64,000 nucleotides of DNA, taken from a virus (taxonomy: Duplodnaviria; Caudoviricetes). Each line of letters starts with the position of its first letter. Positions within the stretch are counted from its first letter, which is position 1. This document shows positions 39,054 to 48,800 of the stretch, in pieces. Below the pieces are notes generated by a model, which was not told the origin of the DNA, did not search any database, and saw only the letters and a program-made list of their open reading frames with translations. Location: positions 1-64,000 of IMG/VR virus record IMGVR_UViG_3300021255_002065; one strand, given 5' to 3'. A program made the position numbers and the translations under genes.

Positions 39054-39326
39054 ATGAATAAAAAGAATAGTGTCCGTGTAAAACTTGCCATGATTGGTAC
39101 AATTGCAATGATTGTTATCGTACTTATGATTATCAGTATCCGTACCGTACTTGTAGGACATGCATATGAATATGAATCCTCACATGTATATCCTGTCAGA
39201 ATTGATGATACGGCTGTGGTGCGTGATACGAATAAGTATGTAACCACATGGGATGGTGCCCACATTATCAAAATCGATGGCAAAAACGTTGAAGAAGATG
39301 AAACTGTATTGATTCTTGTCAGCTGA
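39054..39326 (+). CDS. Small membrane-anchored protein
   Basis: Basic N-terminus followed by a hydrophobic helix. Confidence 0.65.
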   Translation: MNKKNSVRVKLAMIGTIAMIVIVLMIISIRTVLVGHAYEYESSHVYPVRIDDTAVVRDTNKYVTTWDGAHIIKIDGKNVEEDETVLILVS

Positions 39327-39380
39327 ATCATTAACAGTTATATATCTGACAAATAAATTATATGAAAGAGGTAATCAAAA

Positions 39381-39629
39381 ATGGGTAGACACAAAAAGGG
39401 TCTGGCAATTGATATTATCATAATTGACAGACTTGGAAAAATGCAAGTAATTACTGAGGACGGTTCTGAGATGAAAACAACTCGTCAAGAACGTGCAATC
39501 CTCGGGAATTATAAAAGTGAGACATATGAAGAAGACATTAAGAGAATCTTCAATAATCCAAACATCATTGGTGAAGAATTCCGTGTTGTTTATGACGGAA
39601 AATATGTATACGGAAAACATGTTTGCTAA
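39381..39629 (+). CDS. Small hypothetical protein
   Basis: SD AGAGGT. Confidence 0.7.
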   Translation: MGRHKKGLAIDIIIIDRLGKMQVITEDGSEMKTTRQERAILGNYKSETYEEDIKRIFNNPNIIGEEFRVVYDGKYVYGKHVC

Positions 39630-39644
39630 TCAAAATCAATCAGT

Positions 39645-39666
39645 GGACCCGGCATATGCCGGGTCC
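39645..39666. repeat. Perfect palindrome, ATAT-centred family
   Basis: GGACCCGGCATATGCCGGGTCC. Confidence 0.9.
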
Positions 39667-39691
39667 CAACATTTTTAAGGAGGAAATTATT

Positions 39692-39979
39692 ATGACAAAG
39701 AACGCAAGAAACCGTATGTGTGAGATTGATAATTGTATCTGCACAATTCCATTGACAGTTGATATCTCTCTTGTTATTATGGAGAGATGTGAAGACATGG
39801 TCAGAACATGCTTTTGTGATGACAGAACCTCGTCCATGTATGGATATAATCCGAGATGGACCAAACTCCGTTATTACAAAGAAGGAGATAAAACATCTTG
39901 CTTTATCCAGAGAGATGGTGTAAAGTACGACTTTCTCCAAGGAACAGATGGTAAAGATGACTTGAAATATGTCGGTTAA
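39692..39979 (+). CDS. Small hypothetical protein
   Basis: SD AAGGAGG before MTKNAR. Confidence 0.7.
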   Translation: MTKNARNRMCEIDNCICTIPLTVDISLVIMERCEDMVRTCFCDDRTSSMYGYNPRWTKLRYYKEGDKTSCFIQRDGVKYDFLQGTDGKDDLKYVG

Positions 39980-40257
39980 AAGTCATCTAACTTGTTCAGC
40001 TGTTTACCAACCTGATTGATACCCGTGGCTGATGCGCCACTGCTTATTCCAATAAAAATAGCTTCAACTAAATTCGTCCCCATGTCTACATCTTCCATGA
40101 AGTATCCGATGATACCAAGGAGCAATCCGAAGAAGATGGAGATAATGGGGATGTATTTTTTAATGTCAAATCCAAAAGTAGTTTTTGCTACGTAAATTAC
40201 AATGTTATCTAACATTGTGACAAACGATGTAATGGTAATGATACTGAATTGCATCAT
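39976..40257 (-). CDS. Holin
   Basis: Three hydrophobic segments; KKYIPIISIFFGLLLG...GISSGASATGINQVGKQL is typical of Firmicute phage holins. Confidence 0.8.
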   Translation of the reverse strand: MMQFSIITITSFVTMLDNIVIYVAKTTFGFDIKKYIPIISIFFGLLLGIIGYFMEDVDMGTNLVEAIFIGISSGASATGINQVGKQLNKLDDF

Positions 40258-40361
40258 ATAAATCATCCTTTCGTATATATAATATTTTATTGATATCGCG
40301 AGATATTTACATTTTCGTGATACACAATCAAATACAATTTATCAAATAGGAGGAATTCGTT

Positions 40362-40919
40362 ATGAACGAAGAACTGAAAACAACCGCACAGATGCTCGAT
40401 GAAGCATTGACAGAATCCACAGATACCATCGAGGTAGATGTATCAGATGTGGAACTGTACACACCGGAAGAAATTGAAGAAGAAGCAGATGACAAATTGG
40501 AAATCCATTTGGCATCCGGTACAAGTTTGACCATGAGTTATGAGTCCATGGATTGGGAATCCGTTTGGTTGAACAATGGTCCAACCATGTTAAACAATGT
40601 GCTTGCGATTATGGCAAAGGCACGTGATATGCGTCAAGCACCCATCGGTGATGAAAGAACTAATCTGGCGAATGAGATTATCGACCTCGTGCAGAACGCA
40701 TTCAAAGAGATGGGAGTACCTGAATTGGATTATTCCGGATTCATCTTTGAAACAAAGGCAGAAGAAGCATTACTGTATATGGAAGACTATGTCAGATTGG
40801 TGTCTGAACTCGTGCACATTGCACAGGTGGAGGTTATCATGAAGCCGACAGATGGCATGTCATTCGATGACATCATCGCAAAACTCTCCGACTCCATGAA
40901 GTTTGACAAAACAGAATAA
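40362..40919 (+). CDS. Acidic hypothetical protein (185 aa)
   Basis: SD AGGAGG; followed by a UUCG hairpin. Confidence 0.8.
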   Translation: MNEELKTTAQMLDEALTESTDTIEVDVSDVELYTPEEIEEEADDKLEIHLASGTSLTMSYESMDWESVWLNNGPTMLNNVLAIMAKARDMRQAPIGDERTNLANEIIDLVQNAFKEMGVPELDYSGFIFETKAEEALLYMEDYVRLVSELVHIAQVEVIMKPTDGMSFDDIIAKLSDSMKFDKTE

Positions 40920-40924
40920 TGATA

Positions 40925-40960
40925 TGCGGGGCTTCGGCCCCGCTATCTTATACTTTTATT
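40925..40960 (+). terminator. UUCG-loop terminator-like hairpin
   Basis: GCGGGGC-TTCG-GCCCCGC then a T-rich tail. Confidence 0.65.
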
Positions 40961-40962
40961 TC

Positions 40963-41127
40963 ATGAACAATTTTCACAGCACACAAACATTGAATGGAAA
41001 TCGGTTAGCAGGTATTTGTCATTTGGATGAATACGAAAGAATCATAATGGATTAAGCGGCAACTTAATCCATTCATTGGAACCCGTTTACGTATCCACAA
41101 TGCTTATGTGTTGTGATAATTGTTCAT
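40963..41127 (+). ncRNA. Candidate structured ncRNA (about 165 nt); strand not certain
   Basis: Closing helix of about 30 bp, internal hairpins and a downstream terminator. Confidence 0.55.
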
Positions 41128-41148
41128 TTATAAATCAAGTAGCTTTAA

Positions 41149-41189
41149 CTAAAATAATACATGGATTATGCTCCATGTATTATTTTTTT
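41149..41189 (+). terminator. Terminator-like hairpin directly upstream of the thyX RBS
   Basis: AAAATAATACATGGA-ttatgc-TCCATGTATTATTTT plus T tract. Confidence 0.65.
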
Positions 41190-41210
41190 ATTATAAAGGA
41201 GATATTTGTT

Positions 41211-42221
41211 ATGAGTATTGAATTAATTACCCCGAGTGTCCAGTTTGTTGATGGTGTGAACGGTTTTCACATTATGAGAAATCTGGAAAAATGTGCAAGG
41301 ACATGCTACCAGTCTGAATTCAAGCAACATACAAAACCGACGGCTGATTTCCTTCGTGGGATTATCAAAAGTGGACACACCTCCGTATTGGAACACCAAT
41401 CCGTTACAGTGGATGTGGTTACATCACGTGATGTACTTGCAGAATGGACACGTCATAGAATCGGTGTTGGATATTCTGTTGAGTCCACACGTTATGTCAA
41501 CTATTCTAAAGGTGTTGAATTCATCATTCCTGTAGAATATGATAAAGATGCAAAGGTATTCCCTGATGGAAAAGCCTTGGATATTCGTTATAAGATTTTC
41601 CAAGAGGCTTGTGAAACTGCTGCTTATGCATACAATCAGCTTATCAAGAATGGTGCAAAACCTCAGGAAGCCAGGGCAGTACTTCCCCAAGCACTGAAAG
41701 TAAATATGAAAGTTACCATGAACATTCGTGCATGGAGACATTTCTTCGAACTCAGATGTGCTTCGTCTGCACATCCAAATATAAGAGAAATCGCAATTGC
41801 AATTCTGTTGGAATTCCGTAAGAAGATGCTTCCTTTGTTTGAAGACATCGAATATGATAAAGACTTCTACATCAATCACAAAACCAGAATCGATAACATT
41901 TTTCATGTTTCAACCAAAGAAACAATGCAAGCATCCAATCAGTCCGTTCTGAATCTTCCGAAAGACAGTTATGAAGAATATATGAAAGCTACAGAAAAAG
42001 AAAAGATTGACAAGATGACAGCAGCCATGGACCTTGATAAAGATGTGAAAGATGAACCAGAATTCGAACAGATGACTCTTGATCAATTGCTTGATATGAT
42101 ATTTGACAATAAGATTCCTGATAAGGAGCAGATTGAGAAAGATTTGGAATATATGAAATCAGTGCGTGACCTAACCGAAATATTGTTTGATTGGGATAGG
42201 AATGGAGGATTGATATTATGA
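41211..42221 (+). CDS. thyX: Flavin-dependent thymidylate synthase with a C-terminal extension
   Basis: GHTSVLEH, SRDVLAEWTRHR, SVESTRYV, PQEARAVLP, NIRAWRHFFELRC, AHPNIR; SD AAGGAG before MSIELI. Confidence 0.93.
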   Translation: MSIELITPSVQFVDGVNGFHIMRNLEKCARTCYQSEFKQHTKPTADFLRGIIKSGHTSVLEHQSVTVDVVTSRDVLAEWTRHRIGVGYSVESTRYVNYSKGVEFIIPVEYDKDAKVFPDGKALDIRYKIFQEACETAAYAYNQLIKNGAKPQEARAVLPQALKVNMKVTMNIRAWRHFFELRCASSAHPNIREIAIAILLEFRKKMLPLFEDIEYDKDFYINHKTRIDNIFHVSTKETMQASNQSVLNLPKDSYEEYMKATEKEKIDKMTAAMDLDKDVKDEPEFEQMTLDQLLDMIFDNKIPDKEQIEKDLEYMKSVRDLTEILFDWDRNGGLIL

Positions 42222-42658
42222 AACCAGAAAAAATTACAATCGTAAGTGCAGTAGATGCTGGTCTTGCATTATATGCAAACCACGAAATCAACACCAATGA
42301 CATCAGAGAAATTGCGATGGTAAATAATCCATTGACAGATGTGACATTTGTTCGTGCGAAAACACATGATGGGAAACTCATCATATGGGAATATACCAGA
42401 GTCAGCAAAACTGTCAAGAGACAATATCACCGCACATATCGTTTTAAGATATTTGATTTCAAAACCTTTGATGATGAAGTGATGGCAATCAATGTCTTAT
42501 TTGACATGGGATATCGTGTACGTGAGATTGCGGCATTTACCGGTTATTCACCATCCACATGTACTCGTCGGAAGAATGCAATCAAGAATGAATCTGCATA
42601 TCCGCCTGAGAAATATATCGATTTCAAAGAGAATGCAATGAAACATTTTAAGAAGTAA
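42218..42658 (+). CDS. HTH DNA-binding protein
   Basis: LFDMGYRVREIAAFTGYSPSTCTRR helix-turn-helix. Confidence 0.7.
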   Translation: MKPEKITIVSAVDAGLALYANHEINTNDIREIAMVNNPLTDVTFVRAKTHDGKLIIWEYTRVSKTVKRQYHRTYRFKIFDFKTFDDEVMAINVLFDMGYRVREIAAFTGYSPSTCTRRKNAIKNESAYPPEKYIDFKENAMKHFKK

Positions 42659-42669
42659 GGAGTGATCAT

Positions 42670-43662
42670 ATGATATGTATTCATCACAATGATGCAGATG
42701 GACATTGTGCCGCTGCAATTGTTGCCATGCAGATTGCAAATGATTTTGAACCAAAGACATTTATCGAATACGGACATCAAAAAGCCATTGAATTAAATGA
42801 AGAAGACATTCATAACAAAGAACGAGTTATGATTGTGGATTTGGCATTGGATGAACATGTGATGCAAGTAATTCGAAAATGCTTAAAGAAAGATTGCGAT
42901 ATTATCCATATCGACCATCACATTGGTGGAAAAGAATTTGAAAAGAACCTGAGTGAACGTGATAGGATTCTGTACGAACGCGTTACAAACTTTTATCGCG
43001 TGGATATTTCTGCATGTATGCTGACATACGTTTATTCCTGTATGACAATGGATGAGCAGTTGAATCCCAATTCAGTAGAATATGATTTCACAGAAGATTA
43101 TACTCATCTGGCATTTTATCCAAATGACAAAAGACGTATGAGAGAATATGGTGTCCCAGATGCCGTTCGTTATATTAATGATCACGATACATGGACACAT
43201 CAATTCGACAATTCCAGATATTTTGAGACTGCATTACGCACGCTCGACACACAACCCTTAAACAATGATGTGTGGGAAATGTTGTTATATGAGCGCGATT
43301 ATAAACAGATTGTTTCGTTGGTGGAACTTGGTCGTGGAATTGCGAAATACCAGAAATCGATTTATGAACAAGCAAATCATAATGGATTTGAAACAGAAAT
43401 CGATGGATTCAAGGGATGGGTTGTAAACTGTCCGATTGGTAATTCTCTATTATTTGGCGATAAGTATATTGAATATGATTTCGTGTGCAAATTCTCATAC
43501 GATGGTAGTGTTGATAAATGGAGATATAGCTTTTACTCCAATGGCAATTCGCAATTTAATTGTGCTGAAATCTGTCAGAAATACTTTAATGGAAATGGCC
43601 ACGCCCACTCAGGTGGTGGAAATCTGGAATGCAATTATTTTGATGAAATTACGGATGCTTAA
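42670..43662 (+). CDS. DHH-family phosphoesterase
   Basis: HHNDADG, IVD, IDHH and C-terminal GNGHAHSGG. Confidence 0.88.
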   Translation: MICIHHNDADGHCAAAIVAMQIANDFEPKTFIEYGHQKAIELNEEDIHNKERVMIVDLALDEHVMQVIRKCLKKDCDIIHIDHHIGGKEFEKNLSERDRILYERVTNFYRVDISACMLTYVYSCMTMDEQLNPNSVEYDFTEDYTHLAFYPNDKRRMREYGVPDAVRYINDHDTWTHQFDNSRYFETALRTLDTQPLNNDVWEMLLYERDYKQIVSLVELGRGIAKYQKSIYEQANHNGFETEIDGFKGWVVNCPIGNSLLFGDKYIEYDFVCKFSYDGSVDKWRYSFYSNGNSQFNCAEICQKYFNGNGHAHSGGGNLECNYFDEITDA

Positions 43663-43733
43663 TAATGAAGGGGCCAAACGGCCCCTTCCATATAAAACGT
43701 TTTCATAACTTATTTAAGAAAGGAGCTATTTAT

Positions 43734-45740
43734 ATGGCTAGAATTGACTTAGTTGGGGGCACACGTCTTCAACAAACATCAAATGAGAAAAAACTCGATC
43801 TGATATCAAATAACACATATGCATCTTCTACATCCAAAAAGAATCCAGCCGCATCATTTTTAAAAGACATGCCAACACCAATGAGAATTCTCAATCCAGA
43901 ATTATTGGCAAGAGATGGTAAAGTCACAATTATCAATGATACAAAGTCAACATCAACTTTTTTTAGCATAAAATATTTTGACACAGTTGATGATGCAGTT
44001 GCATATATGGCTTTGTCTGAGAACGCAGATCAAGAATTCACAATCGTATTCTCTGGGGATATGCAGATTACTAATCGCACAACCAGTTTGGCAAATGTGA
44101 AACGAATTGTGTTTGGTGATGAATCTGAGACTATTGCAATCAAATATCAAGGTTTGGAGAAATTGGAATCCGTAAAACTTGGTAAAAATATGAAAACAAT
44201 ACCATCACTTGAATTCACAGGATGTCAACAACTGACGAAAGTTGAATTGAATGATAATCTAAAATCTATCGGTGATAATGCATTCGCAAGTTGTACAAAA
44301 TTAACAACCGTTATTTTCAATGAAGGTTTACAATCAATCGGAGCTACTGCATTTACTGAATGTCCGTTTGAAAGTATTATCATTCCCGATACTGTTACAT
44401 CACTCGGACAAGCATGTTTCAATGTTTCTCAACCTGATGCTCAATATGACAGTGAGGAAGAGATTGCAGCCAAAAATGAACGTATGGATGCAACAAAGTT
44501 TGTTAAAATCGGAACTGGTATCAAATCACTTCCTCCGGGATGTTTTTCTGGCAGAAGAGGTATTACATCAATCGAATTCCCAATCACATTGGAATCGATT
44601 GGTGGATCTGGTATGTTCCAATTCTGTACAAATATTAAAACACTCGTGATTCCGCCAAGTATCAAACGAATTGATGATTACGCGTTTAATCATATGGCCG
44701 AGGATCTCAATATCATCGTTTTGAATAAAGAAGGAGCGATTTCCGGCGCACCCTGGGGTGCTACGAATGCGACAATCACATATCTTGATATCGATGATAC
44801 AAAGATCAATCTCATTAATATGACAACAAATGAATTGACAACATATGATTTGTATTCTGATATGTGTGCACATCTGGTTGCACATCCAACCGATATGTTC
44901 TCTGTTTTGATTGGTGATGATTGCACATACACAGCTACTGATGTAAATGATGAAAATACGGCATTCATCAAACGTTATCCTGGTATGTTTGTGATTGATC
45001 AGCAAGATTGGGCTATCAAGAACATTGTTCTTTATCATATGAACAATAGATTTACTGGATCATTGGATTCTGGTTGGTTGCGTAACATGACAACATTACA
45101 ATCACTCACTCTATCAAATCAACTTACCACAATAAAACAATCTGCATTTGAAATAACATCCATTCGACATATCACAATTCCCGGTAATATTAAAAATGTT
45201 ACACAAGGTGCTTTCAGAGGTCGTACTATGACACATGAACCTCCAATTGTGATAAATCCGGAAATGCGTAATGTATCTGCCGTTACATTGACACTTGAGA
45301 ATGGTGTTGAAACAATCGATGATTCTGCATTTGCATGTAATGCATTCACAGAAATTACAATTCCAAAATCCGTGAAATTAATTGACAATGGCGCCTTCAA
45401 TTATAATCCCTGGTTGGAGAACATTACATTTGAAAGCGGTGGTACCGATCTTAAGATAAAGGGTGGTGCATTTTTGGGGTGTCCATCATTAACAAATGTT
45501 ACAATTCCAGATCACTGTTCCAGTATTGGCGCTGGCGCATTCGAAGAATGTGGTGCACTTGAAGAAGTCGTAATCGGGTCTGGAATTACGGAAATACAAG
45601 AAGACATAGATGGTGGTGTATCCGGTGCATTTAAGGATTGTCCAAATCTTAAGAAAATTACAATCAATAAAGCAGAGAATTCCATTGCTGGTGCTCCTTG
45701 GGGTGCTCCAGAAGATTGTCAGGTCGTATGGACTGGCTAA
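43734..45740 (+). CDS. BspA-type leucine-rich-repeat protein
   Basis: Repeated IP..V..I...AF..C..L..V; two LRR blocks each capped by GAPWGA; SD GAAAGGAG before MARID. Confidence 0.88.
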   Translation: MARIDLVGGTRLQQTSNEKKLDLISNNTYASSTSKKNPAASFLKDMPTPMRILNPELLARDGKVTIINDTKSTSTFFSIKYFDTVDDAVAYMALSENADQEFTIVFSGDMQITNRTTSLANVKRIVFGDESETIAIKYQGLEKLESVKLGKNMKTIPSLEFTGCQQLTKVELNDNLKSIGDNAFASCTKLTTVIFNEGLQSIGATAFTECPFESIIIPDTVTSLGQACFNVSQPDAQYDSEEEIAAKNERMDATKFVKIGTGIKSLPPGCFSGRRGITSIEFPITLESIGGSGMFQFCTNIKTLVIPPSIKRIDDYAFNHMAEDLNIIVLNKEGAISGAPWGATNATITYLDIDDTKINLINMTTNELTTYDLYSDMCAHLVAHPTDMFSVLIGDDCTYTATDVNDENTAFIKRYPGMFVIDQQDWAIKNIVLYHMNNRFTGSLDSGWLRNMTTLQSLTLSNQLTTIKQSAFEITSIRHITIPGNIKNVTQGAFRGRTMTHEPPIVINPEMRNVSAVTLTLENGVETIDDSAFACNAFTEITIPKSVKLIDNGAFNYNPWLENITFESGGTDLKIKGGAFLGCPSLTNVTIPDHCSSIGAGAFEECGALEEVVIGSGITEIQEDIDGGVSGAFKDCPNLKKITINKAENSIAGAPWGAPEDCQVVWTG

Positions 45741-45759
45741 TAACGCATATCGTTTCATG

Positions 45760-45783
45760 TATGCGGGGCATATGCCCCGCATA
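45760..45783. repeat. Perfect palindrome, ATAT-centred family
   Basis: TATGCGGGGCATATGCCCCGCATA. Confidence 0.9.
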
Positions 45784-45823
45784 TTTTTATTAACTTAATT
45801 TCATGAAATAAGGAAGTGAGATT

Positions 45824-48800
45824 ATGTCAAACAAATTGATTGGTTATGATAACCAATTATGGAGAGTAGAACAAGAATTCTCTTATACTGGTAATGATCA
45901 ACCATTTACGTTAGAACCCGGAACATATTTGTTCATTTGTGAAGGAGCGCATAGTGGAAAGGGTTCTCGTGATATCAAAGAATATGGTGGTATCACATAT
46001 GGTGAAATTACATTAAATGAAGCAACCACATTCCACGCTGTTGTTGGGTCTGATGGTGCTGATTACAACATAGATTACACATTATGCACTGGTGGATTTA
46101 ATGGTGGAGCACACGGTGGTATGAGCACATCATCAACATTTTTAAATGGTCCTGGCGGTGGTGGTGCAACTGATATTCGATTATTACCATATGACGCAAA
46201 TGAATATCCATCATACAATGATGACGGAACCCTTGTATCTCCGGTAAATAGTATGACAGTTTCAGAGTGTTATCATATTGATGATCCTGATGATAGATTT
46301 GAAAATGATGGTGTTATGTATCAAAAATGTGAATACATCATCGATTCAGGAAGTTCTTATTTTGATACAGGTGTTCTGATTCAATCTGGAACTTGTTATG
46401 CAGAAACCAAATTTATGTTCACACAATTATCATCTTCGGAACAAAATATTTTTGGAACATTTGGCGGTGCGTCTATCGGAAGCTATAGTCTCGGTATGCA
46501 GGATTATAAAATCAGAACAGTTGTGCATTGTGGTGGTTCCACATATCCAAAAGCAGAAATAAATGCAACCACAAATACAGAGTATATTGTCTCCATGAAA
46601 CTAAATGAGACACAACAGGAACTCACGGTGAATGGTACAACTGTAACACAATCACAATCTAATGCTTTACAAAATACAAGTACAATACATGTTTGTGCAA
46701 ATGGTGTAGAACACATTTGGTGTCTTGTTGGACGATTGTATTATTTGAAGATATATGATAATGATACATTGGTATTGGATCTAATCCCATGTATTAGATT
46801 GACCGACAATATTGCTGGAATGTTTGATCTTGTCACAAATCGATTCTTCAAAAGTGATACATCGACCAATTTTTCGGCTGCAGAAACACAAATTCATCCG
46901 AGTGATTATACTGCATTAGAATACATCTATGCAATCGGTAGTACGAATTCAGGATATTTTAATACAGGATATATCCCAAAAGCAAACACAAAGATTGAAA
47001 CAGAAGTTGTTTGTTATGAGAATACAATACAATCGTATGAGATCATCTTTGGTGCAAGGAATGGTTCATATCAAAATAATGCATTTGTATTCTTTTCCCG
47101 TTTTAATAACAGCAATATTCCTGTATATAATAGAAGTGGTGCTGAAACACAAGGTGTTGATTTCTTATATAATGAGAAAATTAAACTCATCTGTTATCGA
47201 GATAAAGCAGAATGGTTCTTCAATGATTCTGAAACACCAAATGGAAGCGTGACAGCTACTGGTATAGTGAATGATTGCATTTGTCCGTTATTGATCAATA
47301 CCTCAAATAATGCAACATCAAATGCTGTATCATCGGAAGGTAGTTGGAATAAATTTAAATTGTATTCTTTCAAGATATCAGAGATCGATACAGCAACAGG
47401 TGATGAGACTGTGATAAAGAATTATGTTCCAGCATATCGTAATGCAGATCACAAAGAAGGATTGTTTGATATCATAAATAATACCTTTATCACACCAAAT
47501 AGTGGAGCATGGTTACAAGGTCCTCCGAAAACAAATCATCCATCATTAAATTCTCGCATCATGGTTGCTGCTGGAGCAGGTGGACATATTGTTGCCAATG
47601 ATACTGGTGTCGCAGCTGGAGATGGATTTTCTTATGGTGGAGGGCCATATGGTTCCATGTGTCGAGATGTCGGTGGAGTGGATGGATTTTCCATGATATT
47701 TCCAACACAATCTGATGGTTATGCGTTCGGATATGGTTGTTATCCAACAAAGAGAACGACCACTAATGCTTATTCTGCAGAAGGATGTGGTGGTGGAGGT
47801 GGTGGATGGTATTCCGGATATGCATCCATTCCACATAATCAAAATGCAAGCGGTATAACAAAAGAAGGTGGAGGTGGTTCCAGTTATGTGTTAACTGCAT
47901 CATCATACAAACCATCCGATTATCATCCAGAACCAAAATATTATTTCACAAAGGCATTATTACATGGCGCACAAGCTATGGGGGATCTATTCTCCAATAA
48001 CCCAGAAGATTGGACAAATGGACATGTTTATATTTGTAAAAAAGAAACGAATATTAAGACTGGTGATATTATCGTTTATCCATGCACTGGCGATGCTGTG
48101 TCACATGATTTACCAGCAGGAAAATATAAATTAAAAGTATGGGGTGGAGACGGTGGTTCTCGTGGAAGTATCTCGCATGCTGTAAAAGGCGGATATTCCG
48201 AAGGAATTATTGATACACAAAATAATCATACGATTTATGTTTACACAGGTGGAAGTGGTGGTCCTCGTGCGGATATCGGATATTCTGATGCATTTGCAAA
48301 TACGATGACAATCGCAAATCTACCATCATTAAAATTTAATGGTGGAAAGAGTATACAGAATTGTGCCAGAATCATATCTTCATCTGGTGGAGGAACTGAT
48401 ATTCGTTTTGATGTTGATGATTTCTATCACCGTGTGATTGTCGCCGGTGGCGCCGGTTCCGAAGGCATGAACGGGTCTGTTGCAGGTGAAGGTGGTGGTA
48501 CCGAAGGCGGTACACAATCCAATGCAAATTGTGGAACCAACAATGGTCCTGGAACACAAAAATCTGGATATGCATTCGGTATTGGTGGTCCCGGATATTG
48601 CCAAAGCGGTGGATATGGTGGCTGTGGTGGCGGCGGATGGTACGGGGGATATGGTACTACTCCCGACCGTAATGGTGATGATGACCGTGCTGGCTCCGGT
48701 GGTTCTGGATTTACATTAACTGCAAATACACCTATCACCGATATTCCAAGTGGATATGCATGTAACGAAGAAGAATACTATTTGACAGAAGCCACTACCG

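Noticed and set aside
41076-41210. N-terminal extension of ThyX given by the ORF track
   Set aside because: It overlaps the structured RNA and terminator; the SD-supported start is 41211.
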